DNA from: a virus | Virus record (IMG/VR): IMGVR_UViG_3300048999_000056 | Location: 48,819 to 112,818 of that record | Length of the DNA: 64,000 bases | Strand: one strand, 5' to 3' | Shown here: positions 18,073-28,350 of the stretch, piece after piece | Layout: the number at the start of each line of letters is the position of its first letter | Position numbering within the stretch: the first letter of the stretch is position 1 | The notes under the pieces: generated by a model | Databases searched by the model: none | The model's input: only the letters and a program-made list of their open reading frames with translations | Told to the model about the DNA's origin: nothing | Program-made: the position numbers and the translations under genes

Positions 18073-18099
18073 ATATACGAAACCGCGTTTTCGTGTTGA
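18073..18099 (-). promoter_or_regulatory. Phage promoter motif TCAACACG-N13-GTATAT
   Basis: Recurrent bipartite motif. Confidence 0.6.
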
Positions 18100-18479
18100 T
18101 CAAACGACATCCTTCAATTGAACAACGCGAACATCCTTGATCCAGACCGCGAACCGATCCCGTGGCGGTCTGGGCAACGGCATGAATGATCCAGCCGTCA
18201 TGGCTGCTTCCGACGGCAGCATCAGTCCTGACACTTGTTGAATATCGCCGAACGGTGCGGCGATCGTCAGCAAGACGTAGCAGTTGCGCTCATTCATGTT
18301 GATTTTTTCTCCTTTGCCTTGCGTACTGCTGCCCAGTGTGCGGCTTCCTCGTCTCGGTCGGCCCGTTCCCATTCCGCGCCGCGCGTGTGATTGAGTGCCC
18401 ATGCCCAGCCGGCAACGAAGACTGCGCACAGAGCTGCCCATCCGAGGCCCCACCACAACCAGCTCATTGACCCTCCTGT

Positions 18480-18983
18480 TTACTGATCGACGGTATACAC
18501 TTCGATAAGCGTGTTCATGTCAGAAAACTCGCGCTTGCTGCACTTGGCGAGTACGTCCTGCCAGGTCGGCTGGCGCCCTTCCTCCGCCATGAACTCGTGC
18601 GCGAGCCGCACCATTTCCTGCATGCCCTGATAGTAGACGATCGGCCTGCTGTCGGAGAACAGCACGGCGTTGTAGAAGCGATCGGTTCTTTCTCCGCCGC
18701 GCAAGGCCATCGGTAGCAGCGGCCAGTATTGCCACTCGAACGGCGTATCGACAATCTTGCGATCGTGTTGCTTCACGGCGTCACATAGGAACGGATAGGC
18801 TGCCAGCAGGTCCGGCGCCTCGTGACGATAGGCGTGGCAATAGCGCATATACAGCGCCTTGAAGCGTTCATCGGACAACGTGCGCCAATCGTCGCCGATC
18901 GCTGAGCCTACGCGCTGCCGCAACTGCGCCACCATCTGCTGCGGCAGGATGTCCAACAATGCATGGACCGAACGGACCGCCAT
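18480..18983 (-). CDS. Hypothetical protein
   Basis: 167-aa ORF in operon. Confidence 0.55.
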   Translation of the reverse strand: MAVRSVHALLDILPQQMVAQLRQRVGSAIGDDWRTLSDERFKALYMRYCHAYRHEAPDLLAAYPFLCDAVKQHDRKIVDTPFEWQYWPLLPMALRGGERTDRFYNAVLFSDSRPIVYYQGMQEMVRLAHEFMAEEGRQPTWQDVLAKCSKREFSDMNTLIEVYTVDQ

Positions 18984-18996
18984 GTTATCTGCCCCT

Positions 18997-19353
18997 TTAT
19001 CTCAACTCGTTCGGATCAGTAAGAGTGCCGTTTTGCAGCGAGGCGCTGCGGACGATGTTGCACTCGTCCTTCCCCGGAAAATACACGACACCAGTTGTCC
19101 GCAGTTCGACGTAGACCATGACGATTTTGCCATCGCTGTCACGCTTGACCATGGTATCTTTGAACGTTCCCGTTTCGCGGTTTGAGTGCTCAAGCGTTGC
19201 CGGTGATGCGAATGAGTCCAGGCCGGGTCGGGCAGCAAGCACCTTTGCTGCTACGCACTGCTTGGTATCACCGCGGAGAATGTACCAGTCCGTCGCCGAA
19301 GCGGTCCCGGTGAATGCCGCAACAAGTGCTGTGGTCAACAATAACGTCTTCAT
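18997..19353 (-). CDS. Secreted hypothetical protein
   Basis: Signal peptide MKTLLLTTALVAAFTGTASA; RBS AGGAG. Confidence 0.65.
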   Translation of the reverse strand: MKTLLLTTALVAAFTGTASATDWYILRGDTKQCVAAKVLAARPGLDSFASPATLEHSNRETGTFKDTMVKRDSDGKIVMVYVELRTTGVVYFPGKDECNIVRSASLQNGTLTDPNELR

Positions 19354-19410
19354 CTTACTCTCCTGTTGATTTGGCAGACTGGCAAATGCCAGCCTGCCGT
19401 TGAAATGGTA

Positions 19411-20493
19411 TCAGGCGTGAAGCAGCTCGCCAGCCTTGCGCTCCAGATCGACGCGAGCGTCCTGATGCGGAATGCCGCGCGCTACCGCTGTTGCAGCCAC
19501 CACGACATCCCAGCGGTTCTCGATCGGACGCCCCTCCTCCAGCTTGTGCACGTTCTGCATGTTCCACGCGATGGACTTCGAGAACCGCTGCGTCAGGAAC
19601 TCGTTGAGTTTGTCGCCCATGCGGTCCTTCCGCGCATCCTCGATCGCCTGCACGATACCGCGCGTGCTGGACTTGGCGTAGGTCTGCAATGCCGGTGTGA
19701 CCTCCTCCAGCCAGCGATCAGGTGCCGATACCGTGTGGCGGATGCGGATTTCGTTGTATTCCTCCGCGCCCCAGACGATCCTGTTGCTGCATGCGTAGTC
19801 GAACAGGAATGTTGCAATGCCGAGCGTCTGCGCCCCGACCTCCGAGTTCCACACGAAGAAGCCACGCGCCAGCGAGCCGGGCTTGCCGTTGCGGCGGTTC
19901 TTCAGCTCGATACGGTGATCCTCGTCGGCCAGGAACACGAAGAAGTCACGGTCCGACGCGAACAGCGTCGTGTTCGCCTTGCTGATCTCCACGCGCTTGC
20001 CGAACTCGCCGGGCACACGCCATTGACCATTGGCACCGTCGCCGAACCGGTCAACAAGTCCATTCAGAATGTCACCATTCCAGACGCGTCCATATCGCGG
20101 TCCTGTCGCGGCACGCAGCATCGGCGAATCGCCTTTCTGCAGCAGCACGCCGAACTCGCCAATGTCGCGCTTGAACGCCAGACCGAAGTTGAGGCAGTCC
20201 GCCGCCATTGGCGCTGGTAGTGTCCGGAGATACCCGCCAGGGGCTTCAGCGAGCGCCGCAAGCTGCCCGAAAGCCCAGTGCGTGGGCACATACCCGCCGC
20301 CGTTCGGCCCCCGGATTTCCAGCCCGCGATGGTTATCGAGCGGCACGGCCTGCACCTGTCGCGTCGAAACAACCAGCTCGCGCGACATTTCGCGGACGCT
20401 GTTGAAGTGGTCGCGCATGTCGAGCAGATTGGTGTAGCGCTCGTCATCAGGCCGCGTTGCCCACTGGTTGGACGCCTGCATGAGTTCGGTCAT
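19411..20493 (-). CDS. DUF932-like protein
   Basis: ASNQWATRPDDERY, FASDRDFFVFL, RGFFVWNSEVG, CSNRIVWG, IRH motifs. Confidence 0.75.
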   Translation of the reverse strand: MTELMQASNQWATRPDDERYTNLLDMRDHFNSVREMSRELVVSTRQVQAVPLDNHRGLEIRGPNGGGYVPTHWAFGQLAALAEAPGGYLRTLPAPMAADCLNFGLAFKRDIGEFGVLLQKGDSPMLRAATGPRYGRVWNGDILNGLVDRFGDGANGQWRVPGEFGKRVEISKANTTLFASDRDFFVFLADEDHRIELKNRRNGKPGSLARGFFVWNSEVGAQTLGIATFLFDYACSNRIVWGAEEYNEIRIRHTVSAPDRWLEEVTPALQTYAKSSTRGIVQAIEDARKDRMGDKLNEFLTQRFSKSIAWNMQNVHKLEEGRPIENRWDVVVAATAVARGIPHQDARVDLERKAGELLHA

Positions 20494-20600
20494 TTTTGAA
20501 GTCTCCTGGTTATGGTGGACTGGCGTAGGTGGAAGCAGCGGAAACGGTTGCTTCCGCTGCAACCATATGCGTCAGTCAATGACGCCTCCCCCGCTTTTCG

Positions 20601-20840
20601 TTAGCTTGCGGGGGCGGTTTGTGCGCGGGCTGCAGGCCGACGTGGAGCTGAACGAGGCTCGGTCCCTTCCGTGTCGAGCGTGACGCTGATGCGCGGCGGT
20701 GAACCGGTAAACGCCTTCTTGCGGACGTAGAGCGTGCCGATCTTGGCGAGTCCGAAGTCGATCACGTTGCCGCCGTTGTCGATCTCCTCGTAAACCAACG
20801 CGCCTTTGGTTTCCTTCTTGAACTGCATGCTAATTTTCAT
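20601..20840 (-). CDS. Small conserved phage protein
   Basis: F.KETKGA..YEE...IGTLYVRK motif; RBS GGAG. Confidence 0.6.
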   Translation of the reverse strand: MKISMQFKKETKGALVYEEIDNGGNVIDFGLAKIGTLYVRKKAFTGSPPRISVTLDTEGTEPRSAPRRPAARAQTAPAS

Positions 20841-20940
20841 CGTAAAGTCTCCGGTATGTGTGTTGCGTGTTGTCTGGTTGGTTCCCTGGCTCTGGTCCAG
20901 GTAGTTGCAGCGGTTTGTCGGACGCTGCAACTATCTCGGA

Positions 20941-21261
20941 TCAGAAATTTCCGTTGATTACGTCGCTGGATTGTAAGCGCCGCCATCCAACCGTATCACA
21001 ATAATATATACGATCCTGATCGAGCGCCACAATGTCTGCCATCGACATTGAGTAACTATTGAAGTTTCTCGGGTGCGCCGTGTTGAAGATCAGATACAGC
21101 CATTTCAACGCGTCGTCATCGGTGCTGCTATGCTCCTCTGCGATAATACCGTTGAACGTGTCGCGGTAGTCGCACCGATCGATCTTGCGGCGTGGATTGA
21201 ACGGGCGGAACGCGACCTCGCATATGCGCCCGATGCGAACCTGATATAGCGTGAACTTCAT
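20941..21261 (-). CDS. YodL-like domain protein
   Basis: LYQ...L..LY..FN..HP..F..YSMSM.DIV....YYCD.VGW. Confidence 0.75.
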   Translation of the reverse strand: MKFTLYQVRIGRICEVAFRPFNPRRKIDRCDYRDTFNGIIAEEHSSTDDDALKWLYLIFNTAHPRNFNSYSMSMADIVALDQDRIYYCDTVGWRRLQSSDVINGNF

Positions 21262-21473
21262 TTTGTTGCTTTCCTCATTGCGCGATAAAGCGCCTGGATT
21301 TCTTCATGGGATATGCTCAGGCGGAACGTCACTAGTTCCCCTCCGGACAATCCTGCCGCTTCGATTGTTATGCAGAACGCGTCGCCACCGATGACGTGCA
21401 TCGACGCTGCCTGCGCGAGCCGGACAATGCTGTCTTCTGTGACCTGATCGATAATCACTTAGTTGATCCTTCC

Positions 21474-21854
21474 CTACAATGGCATACGTTGATCGCTGGT
21501 AGACAGCACGTCGCATTTCTGCAATGTGACGATGATTGCGTTGCCGCCATGGTGCGCGTTGATCCGACAGACCTCCCAGCCGTGCCGCTCGCACAGCTCG
21601 CCGAAGTGCCTGCGCACCGCTCGGACCGCAGCGTCTTCGACGAAACACGCAAACTCAAGCGCCACATAATCGAAATAGGCGGTTGAGTGCCGGTGGCTTG
21701 CCGGCGCGAGATGCAGCGCCTCCAGCACGGACAGGACCGTTGTCCGCAACGCGCGCTGTGTCAGCTGCGGCACGGCGCCGTTGGTGGCGTGCTTGGCTTC
21801 CAGCGCAAGACGCCGCTCGCGAGCGGCCATGAGTAGCCTGTTGGATGTCGTCAC
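21474..21854 (-). CDS. Hypothetical protein
   Basis: ORF in operon. Confidence 0.45.
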   Translation of the reverse strand: MTTSNRLLMAARERRLALEAKHATNGAVPQLTQRALRTTVLSVLEALHLAPASHRHSTAYFDYVALEFACFVEDAAVRAVRRHFGELCERHGWEVCRINAHHGGNAIIVTLQKCDVLSTSDQRMPL

Positions 21855-22113
21855 GTGTCGTTTTCCCCGGAAGTGACAGCGGCACGATTGCCGCTGCTAT
21901 CGTCACAATGCGATGGTTTTTGCTTTTGCCAACGCGGCGTCCAGATCACTGGCAGCGGCTTGTCGATCCCTCTCCGCTGCCTCCAGCAAGCGGTCGAACT
22001 CGAACGGAGCCGGTGACAGTGGAACCGTGAAACGCTGCGGCTTGCGATAAGCGTCAACCGCCATGATCAATCGAGACACGATCAGCTTTTCGGTATCAGT
22101 CATTGTTCTCTTC

Positions 22114-22887
22114 CTATTGCAAACGGTAGTGCCCATTGGGCAGCGTCAGCAGGTTCTTCTTCAACTTGGTGGCTTGCCGCTGCAGGAAGTTCCGTCCAGC
22201 GGTCCAGCCGGTGATCGTGTTGACTTCCTCCAGCGTGCAACCGCCTTTCCGCTGCAGCAGCGCCACCACCTGATCGGACTTGTTCGGTGTGCCGGGTGCA
22301 GGCTTGCTGGCAGCCTTGCGCGGCGGCGTGGCGCCGTTCGTCGTAGCGGGCTTGGCGGCAGCCTCCGGTGCCTTGTTGTCCGTTTTCCAGCCTTCCCAGC
22401 GGGTATCCCAGTTCGGCGCCCATGCGAAGCCGAACGGACGATACTCGGCATGTTCGGCATTCAGCTTGTCGAAGCGGATTTTCGTGCCGTTCTTGAAGTG
22501 CAGCACGACCGGTGTCGCCATGCGCGGCGCGTAGTAGCGCGCCCATTCCTCCGCCTGTTGGCGCGGTACCCACTTTGCCATCATCACCATGCACAGATCA
22601 TCACCGGCAACCGCCCGCTCGGATGCCTCAGACGCGGCTGGGGCGGTTTCCGGCTCGGACCCGGACGGCAATGGCATCCGACGCCGAACCGGCGCTGACG
22701 GCGCTGCCTGAGGCTCGGTCTGTGTGGCCTCGCGCACCTTGTCCGGCTCGGGCTTGAATCCGACGCCTCTCGCGATCAACACGGCACCTTCCGGAATGCC
22801 CGGATTGAGCCGGCGCATGGTTGTAGCGAGCGTCCGGCTTGCCTTGCCCTGGCTGAGCGGCGGACGTGACGGCATTGGCTTGCGCAT
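22114..22887 (-). CDS. Protein with C-terminal DUF3489-like winged HTH
   Basis: KSDQVVALLQRKGGCTLEEV...TGW...YRL. Confidence 0.6.
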   Translation of the reverse strand: MRKPMPSRPPLSQGKASRTLATTMRRLNPGIPEGAVLIARGVGFKPEPDKVREATQTEPQAAPSAPVRRRMPLPSGSEPETAPAASEASERAVAGDDLCMVMMAKWVPRQQAEEWARYYAPRMATPVVLHFKNGTKIRFDKLNAEHAEYRPFGFAWAPNWDTRWEGWKTDNKAPEAAAKPATTNGATPPRKAASKPAPGTPNKSDQVVALLQRKGGCTLEEVNTITGWTAGRNFLQRQATKLKKNLLTLPNGHYRLQ

Positions 22888-22925
22888 GGTCTGTTTCCTT
22901 TCCGTGATTCATTCGGCTATCAGAT

Positions 22926-22953
22926 ATATACAAAAGCCGCTAGTCCGTGTTGA
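22926..22953 (-). promoter_or_regulatory. Phage promoter motif TCAACACG-N14-GTATAT
   Basis: Recurrent bipartite motif. Confidence 0.6.
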
Positions 22954-22974
22954 ACTAGCGGCTCATGTACCCGT

Positions 22975-23205
22975 TCATGCAGCCTTCATCAGCCGGAAGC
23001 CGATCGAGCCGTTGCGCCGTGTGATGGGCTTGGACACGTGCAGCCCCAGCTGCTCCGCCAGCCGTGTCACGCGCCACTGTGCCGAACCGCCCGGCCAGCC
23101 TGTCGCTGCCATGATCTCCTGGCTCGATACGCCGTTGATCCGCTTGGCGAGCCGCACGACCTCGGCAGTCTTGGCGCCGTGTGCCATCTTCACTTTCTTC
23201 GCCAT
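22975..23205 (-). CDS. DUF3489-like winged HTH protein
   Basis: KTAEVVRLAKR.NGVS..EI..ATGW. Confidence 0.55.
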   Translation of the reverse strand: MAKKVKMAHGAKTAEVVRLAKRINGVSSQEIMAATGWPGGSAQWRVTRLAEQLGLHVSKPITRRNGSIGFRLMKAA

Positions 23206-24015
23206 GTCCAGTCTCCTGTTGGTTTGTTGTCCTGTCTGATACAGGCGACGCCAGCGCCGTAGCGCTGGTATCGTACGCATCAGCGGTCTAGATCGTTTGC
23301 CAGCCCGCGCAGCTTGGCACAGATGAAGCCGAGTTCATACTGCGTCGTGTAGGCATCGCGTGACCACGACGTTGGCGGTGCTTGGTTGTTCCCTTCCGAC
23401 TCTAGCGCTTTCATCAGATCACTTGCAGCCATTCCCAACGCGCGCAATTTGCGGATAGCTTCAATACGCTTCATCTGATTTGCTCCAACGGGTTAGGGTT
23501 TGTTCGTTGACGCCGAAGTCCTGCGCGATTTCCGACGTGCAGACTGGATTGTCATCGGGCTCGATATTATCCAGTAGCAGCTGCGTCAACGGAAAGCGCA
23601 CTGGGCGCCGTGTATAACCAATTGTCGTCATCGACTGTCTCCTGACCGGCGCTTAGGCTTTGTTGCGTGCACAATGATGGTCCTGTTCCGCTTGGGCAGC
23701 GGTGGCGCCCGAGTGCCGAGACTGTCGAGCGCTTCGGCGATCAGGTAGGCGTCGGGAATGTCGTTGAGCGGGATCATCGCTTGCAGGTATGCCCTCACGT
23801 CCGGGTCCAGCTTGGCGAGTTCGCGTCGCAGATTGTATTCGGTGATCTCCATCGTCCTGCTCCTTATATATCGACGAAGTAGCCTAGCATGTTCAACACG
23901 CCATAGGCAATCGTCAGTGCCGTGATACCCATGGCGCCGGCCGCGAGAATGACCAGCGCCAGAGCGAGGATGCGTTCTGCTATCCAGCCGACCTGACCGC
24001 GTTTGAACATGAACA

Positions 24016-24231
24016 TCAGAGGCTGATGCTTGCCAGCTTGTGGCGGTTGTAGGCATTGTTGCGGCTGATGTCGCTGTTGGTCTGCTCGCCCGTGCCTTTG
24101 CACGAATGGCAGGGACCTTCCTTGCCGGTGAACTTGCCGTTGACCACGGCGCCGCCCCAGCGGTAGGTGCCCGAGCCGTTGCACTTGGCGCACCTGCCCG
24201 GTGCGGCGTTCGGAATTGCGAAATCATACAT
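24016..24231 (-). CDS. DnaJ-type zinc-finger protein
   Basis: CAKCNGSG...CHSCKGTG. Confidence 0.65.
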   Translation of the reverse strand: MYDFAIPNAAPGRCAKCNGSGTYRWGGAVVNGKFTGKEGPCHSCKGTGEQTNSDISRNNAYNRHKLASISL

Positions 24232-24554
24232 GATTGAGTTTCCCCTGATTAGGTGATCGCAGCGTCGGTTGAACGCTGCGCTCATATAGTCAGGTTGAAT
24301 TGTTGTTTGGGGATGGTCGCAGGGCCTCTGAGCTATACCGAGGCGCATCACACAACCGGCTTATGGGTTGTAAGCGCCTGCCTCTCAGCGGGTGCATGTT
24401 CGCTGGCGTTTATGTTGCCAGCCTGGGGCTCGTTGGAGCCGGGTGATCCCCCTGAGGCAGCGCCCCAGGAACGAGCTATGTATAGGGGTATCCGACACGC
24501 GGATGCAAGAACTTTCTTCAACGCTAAGTCATTGAAATCGTTATGGGCGGGCAG

Positions 24555-26102
24555 TTACGCCAACAATTTTCTCGCTTTGGCGCTGCTCAGTGCCGCCAGC
24601 AGGTCCTGCCCCTCGGCCAGATAGTGAAGAATCCGGCGCTCCACCCCGCTACAGACCAGATCGTCTACTGTGACGGAGCGGGCGCCCCGAGCCATGGGGC
24701 GGTCCTGCGCCTGTTGCCGCTGGATCGGCGATACGGGCGATTCGTAGAATATGAGGTAGTCCGCCGTGCTCATGTCGATCGACATGCCGCCTTTCGTCGC
24801 ATTGGCAACGAGAATATGCGTCCTGCGGTCCTGGAAGTCGCTGATGATCTGCCGGCTGTCCTTGCTGCCGCCGTATAGCCAGCCGAACGCGATGCCCCGG
24901 CGTCGCAGCATATCGGTGATCAGCTTGCCGGTATGGATGTAGTGGTGGAAGATCACAACCTGTACGTCGGCCGGTGCGTGCTGGGCGAACTCCTCCAGCC
25001 ATTCGAGTTTCGGGTTGCTGCGGAAATGGACGATCCGCTCAACGCCCGTGCGATCCTTGAACGGCAGGTATCCGCTCGCGACCTGTCGCAGCCGGTGAAA
25101 CGTGTTCTGGATTTCAACGCTATGTCGGTCCAGCTTGACCAGCTTGTCAACCACGTCGCGGTAGGCGTCCAGCTGATCTCCCCACATATGCAGCTCGACC
25201 ACGGTGGACAGCACGGTCTGCTGCTCGACCTCGCTGCGTTTGTAGATCATCGCCAGCGATGACATTTTCCGCTCAAGCTGCGGCATCTTCTTTTTGTCGA
25301 ACTTGTATTCCTGCTTGCCGCTAAACCAGTTCTTGCGGCCGGTGCCGAACGCCTGCTCGAAGAAGTAATAGTTGTAACCAAGCGTCTCGCCGCGATCGAC
25401 AAGAAATGCCTGCGACCACAACGCAAACGGATTACGCCCGAACGGCGTGCCGGTCAACCCGAGCCGGAACTTGCACTCAGCCGTCATGGCTGCAGCAATG
25501 TTGAAACGCAGCGATAGATGGTTCATGCACAGATGGATTTCGTCTATGATGCAGAGCCCGAGAAAACTGCCGGCATCGGCAACTACGTCACGCTGCGCGT
25601 AGACCTTCGCGTTGCCATAGCGATTGATACCACGCTTGCCGAACATTTCCTGCAGCCCCGACCAGGGCACAACGATCAGATCCGTTTCGTTGTCCTCCAG
25701 CCCGTCAATGAACTCGTCGAGGTCCAAATGGCATATCTTGACGCGAAGATCGGAACGCAACGCTGCCTCGCGTTCCCAGACCGGTAGACCGTCCGGTGAA
25801 TGCGCGATGACCAGACCCTTGTTGAGCCATAGCTTCGACTTGCGTAGATGCTCAGCCCAGTTCAACGCGATCGAGGTTTTCCGCATACGTGGCTCGAAAT
25901 AGAGCAACGCGCGGCGCTGGTAGAGCGCGAACGCAATTCCTTCAAGCTGGTGCTGCTGCAACTCGGTCTTCGGCTTGAAGGGTTGCCCGGTGCTGTTATA
26001 GATCGACAACTCAAGCCGCTGCCGATCCATGCCTTTGAAGGCTGGGATGCGGACCGGCAGCCGGCTCAGAAAGCGATCGATAGCTTGCGCGGCAACAACC
26101 AT
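24555..26102 (-). CDS. SF2 (SNF2-like) helicase
   Basis: HQLEG, degenerate Walker A EPRMRKT, IIDEIH, LTGTP, QAQDR motif VI. Confidence 0.85.
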   Translation of the reverse strand: MVVAAQAIDRFLSRLPVRIPAFKGMDRQRLELSIYNSTGQPFKPKTELQQHQLEGIAFALYQRRALLYFEPRMRKTSIALNWAEHLRKSKLWLNKGLVIAHSPDGLPVWEREAALRSDLRVKICHLDLDEFIDGLEDNETDLIVVPWSGLQEMFGKRGINRYGNAKVYAQRDVVADAGSFLGLCIIDEIHLCMNHLSLRFNIAAAMTAECKFRLGLTGTPFGRNPFALWSQAFLVDRGETLGYNYYFFEQAFGTGRKNWFSGKQEYKFDKKKMPQLERKMSSLAMIYKRSEVEQQTVLSTVVELHMWGDQLDAYRDVVDKLVKLDRHSVEIQNTFHRLRQVASGYLPFKDRTGVERIVHFRSNPKLEWLEEFAQHAPADVQVVIFHHYIHTGKLITDMLRRRGIAFGWLYGGSKDSRQIISDFQDRRTHILVANATKGGMSIDMSTADYLIFYESPVSPIQRQQAQDRPMARGARSVTVDDLVCSGVERRILHYLAEGQDLLAALSSAKARKLLA

Positions 26103-26325
26103 GTTAGTGCATCAACGTGCAGACCATGAATCCGGCGAAAAAGCCGACTGCGCCAACGAATGAACAGGTGATCAATGGTACTATCATTTGCTTGCCCCCT
26201 CCGGCATCTTCATCCGTCGCGGCAGATCGTGCAGGCACTTGTCGGACGGCAAGAGGTATTGGCAATCGCCAGGGCACAGCCTGTCAGGGTGACGGTGACA
26301 GGCTGGCAGCTCCTGGCATTGCGGT

Positions 26326-27762
26326 TCACTTGCCGTGCTCGGCTTCGTCTGTCTCCTCGGTCTGCTCTTCTGCGGGTTGTTTTCCGGTGACACGGTCCAG
26401 CTCACTTTCTGTTGCCTGATCCATATATACGCTCGATAGGTGGAATTGCCCAGTGACGTAGGATTGCGAGATAAGCACGCGGAACTTATCCTCCTCGTCA
26501 CGTGCGGCATCAACGAGGATACGCGCGAGGCCCATCTTGCGTTCCTCGTCGGTGCGGTTGAACGTCAGTACGGTATCAGCTGTGCCGACCTTGCTCCAAT
26601 CCTCCGACACGCCTTTCGAGCCGAATAGCTTGGCGCCCTCGGTCGCTCGATTGCCCTGCGTCGGCGCGCACAACGCCATGTCACGCCGTACGCACAGACC
26701 GCGCAATTGCTGATACAGCCGCCCGGTGTCGATCCGCAGATTGTCGGCATTGATCGACATGAGATCGGGATAATCGATGATCAGCAGGTCGGGCACGAAG
26801 TTCTCTTCGCGCGCAAGCATGTCGAGATAGGCATCGAGCTGCGGAACTGTCAACGCTCCTGTCGGCCATCCTTTGATCAACAGGCGCGGACGCAAGCCGA
26901 ATGACTGCAGCCGGCGGACGATCTCCTGCTTGCTGGCGGTCATCAGGCCCATCGCCTGATACTCGTGCAATGTGATCATGCCGGACAGCCTGCCGGTCTG
27001 CGGATCACGCGACAGCTTGGGCAACTGCACGGTCTGTGCCTCGCGCTTGGTCCAGGCATTGAACGCTTGTACATACCGGCGCTTCGTCAGTTTCTCCGAG
27101 TTCTCCAATGTCATGTGCAACGTCGTATGCCCATCGCGGAAATTGGCCTTGCCGAGATTGACGCACCACCAACTTTTGCCTGCCTTCTTGGGAGCAATGA
27201 ACAACGTAAACGTGCCGCGCTCCGGGCGGATGCCGCGTATGTCCAGTTCTTCCACACCGGACGAGAACCGCTCGCCGCTGGTCTGTTCAACGAAACTGAG
27301 ATCGGTATCGTGCAGCCACGTGCCGCGCGTCATGCGCGAACGGAACGCCGGTTGCCCCCAAATCAGCTCGTCAGCCTTTGTCTCGTCACCGGCCTGCAAT
27401 ACCTCCAACGCGTTCTCCAGCGCATTCATCTTGGATTGCCGCCGCATCCAGTCGTCGAGGCCGCCAATGACGAAATTTGGATCGAGATCGGCCTGCACGC
27501 GTTGCGTCTCGTCAATTATGGACGCCATGAACTTGCCTTCGCTGCGCTTCAGCTCGTTCTCCATCACGTCGCGGATATGCCCCTGCGGTGCGTGCCTGTA
27601 ATCAACGATGAACTTGATTGCGGCTTCCGCTATGCGTTGAAAGGCTCTGGTGCTGAATATCTCCGGCTCCAAGATCGATGCGAGCATGCTTGCGTGCTCG
27701 TTGTTCCAGATCAACAGGGTGATAACGTTTTCCTCGGCAGTGCCTTGCAGTTGATTAGCCAT
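26326..27762 (-). CDS. DnaB-like replicative helicase
   Basis: Walker A APKKAGKS, TLEN, IIDYPD, TQ.NR; start MANQLQG at 27762. Confidence 0.85.
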   Translation of the reverse strand: MANQLQGTAEENVITLLIWNNEHASMLASILEPEIFSTRAFQRIAEAAIKFIVDYRHAPQGHIRDVMENELKRSEGKFMASIIDETQRVQADLDPNFVIGGLDDWMRRQSKMNALENALEVLQAGDETKADELIWGQPAFRSRMTRGTWLHDTDLSFVEQTSGERFSSGVEELDIRGIRPERGTFTLFIAPKKAGKSWWCVNLGKANFRDGHTTLHMTLENSEKLTKRRYVQAFNAWTKREAQTVQLPKLSRDPQTGRLSGMITLHEYQAMGLMTASKQEIVRRLQSFGLRPRLLIKGWPTGALTVPQLDAYLDMLAREENFVPDLLIIDYPDLMSINADNLRIDTGRLYQQLRGLCVRRDMALCAPTQGNRATEGAKLFGSKGVSEDWSKVGTADTVLTFNRTDEERKMGLARILVDAARDEEDKFRVLISQSYVTGQFHLSSVYMDQATESELDRVTGKQPAEEQTEETDEAEHGK

Positions 27763-28318
27763 TGCTGCGCTCGTCGTTGCTGTTGTGAAATTCGCCAAAT
27801 AGCTGCCGTGCTGCTTGTTCGTAAGCTGCTGCGGCATCCTCGGGTGTCTTGAAGTATCCCAACGACTTGCGTTTGCCGTTGATATTTATGTACGCGATCC
27901 ATCTAGGTGGTAGCTTCGGGCGATGCTTACCATTGTAGCGAGCCACTCCTCGGTATCCAGAAGTGTTATTAGCATGGCGACGGCGGTTCTGCATGTTCTG
28001 CGAGTGGGTAGCCTCTCGCAGATTGTCGTGTTTGTCGTTGATTGCGTTTCGATTCCGGTGATCGATCTCCTGTCTCGGAAACCGCCCGGTTGTGAGCGCC
28101 CATATGATATGTGAAGCTAGGTAGTTCTTGCCTGCAATCTTCACTAAGCGATAGCCATTGCGATTTATACATCCGGCGAGCATGCCTCCTCGTACGCGAC
28201 CGTGAAGTCCTTTTCGCCATCGTAGAATGCCTGTAGATGGGTCGTACATAAACAGCGACCGTAAGATTTCAACGGCATCCGATTCTAGATTAGCAACGCC
28301 AGTAAGCTGTTGCGGCAT
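27755..28318 (-). CDS. HNH-AP2 homing endonuclease
   Basis: YDP.TG...EIDH.NRN..N...NLREAT.SQN..N; NNTSGYRGV...W.A.I.....LGYF...EDAA.AY (AP2). Confidence 0.9.
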   Translation of the reverse strand: MPQQLTGVANLESDAVEILRSLFMYDPSTGILRWRKGLHGRVRGGMLAGCINRNGYRLVKIAGKNYLASHIIWALTTGRFPRQEIDHRNRNAINDKHDNLREATHSQNMQNRRRHANNTSGYRGVARYNGKHRPKLPPRWIAYININGKRKSLGYFKTPEDAAAAYEQAARQLFGEFHNSNDERSNG

Positions 28319-28350
28319 ATAGACTTCTCCGTTTGCTCTTGGTCCTAATG

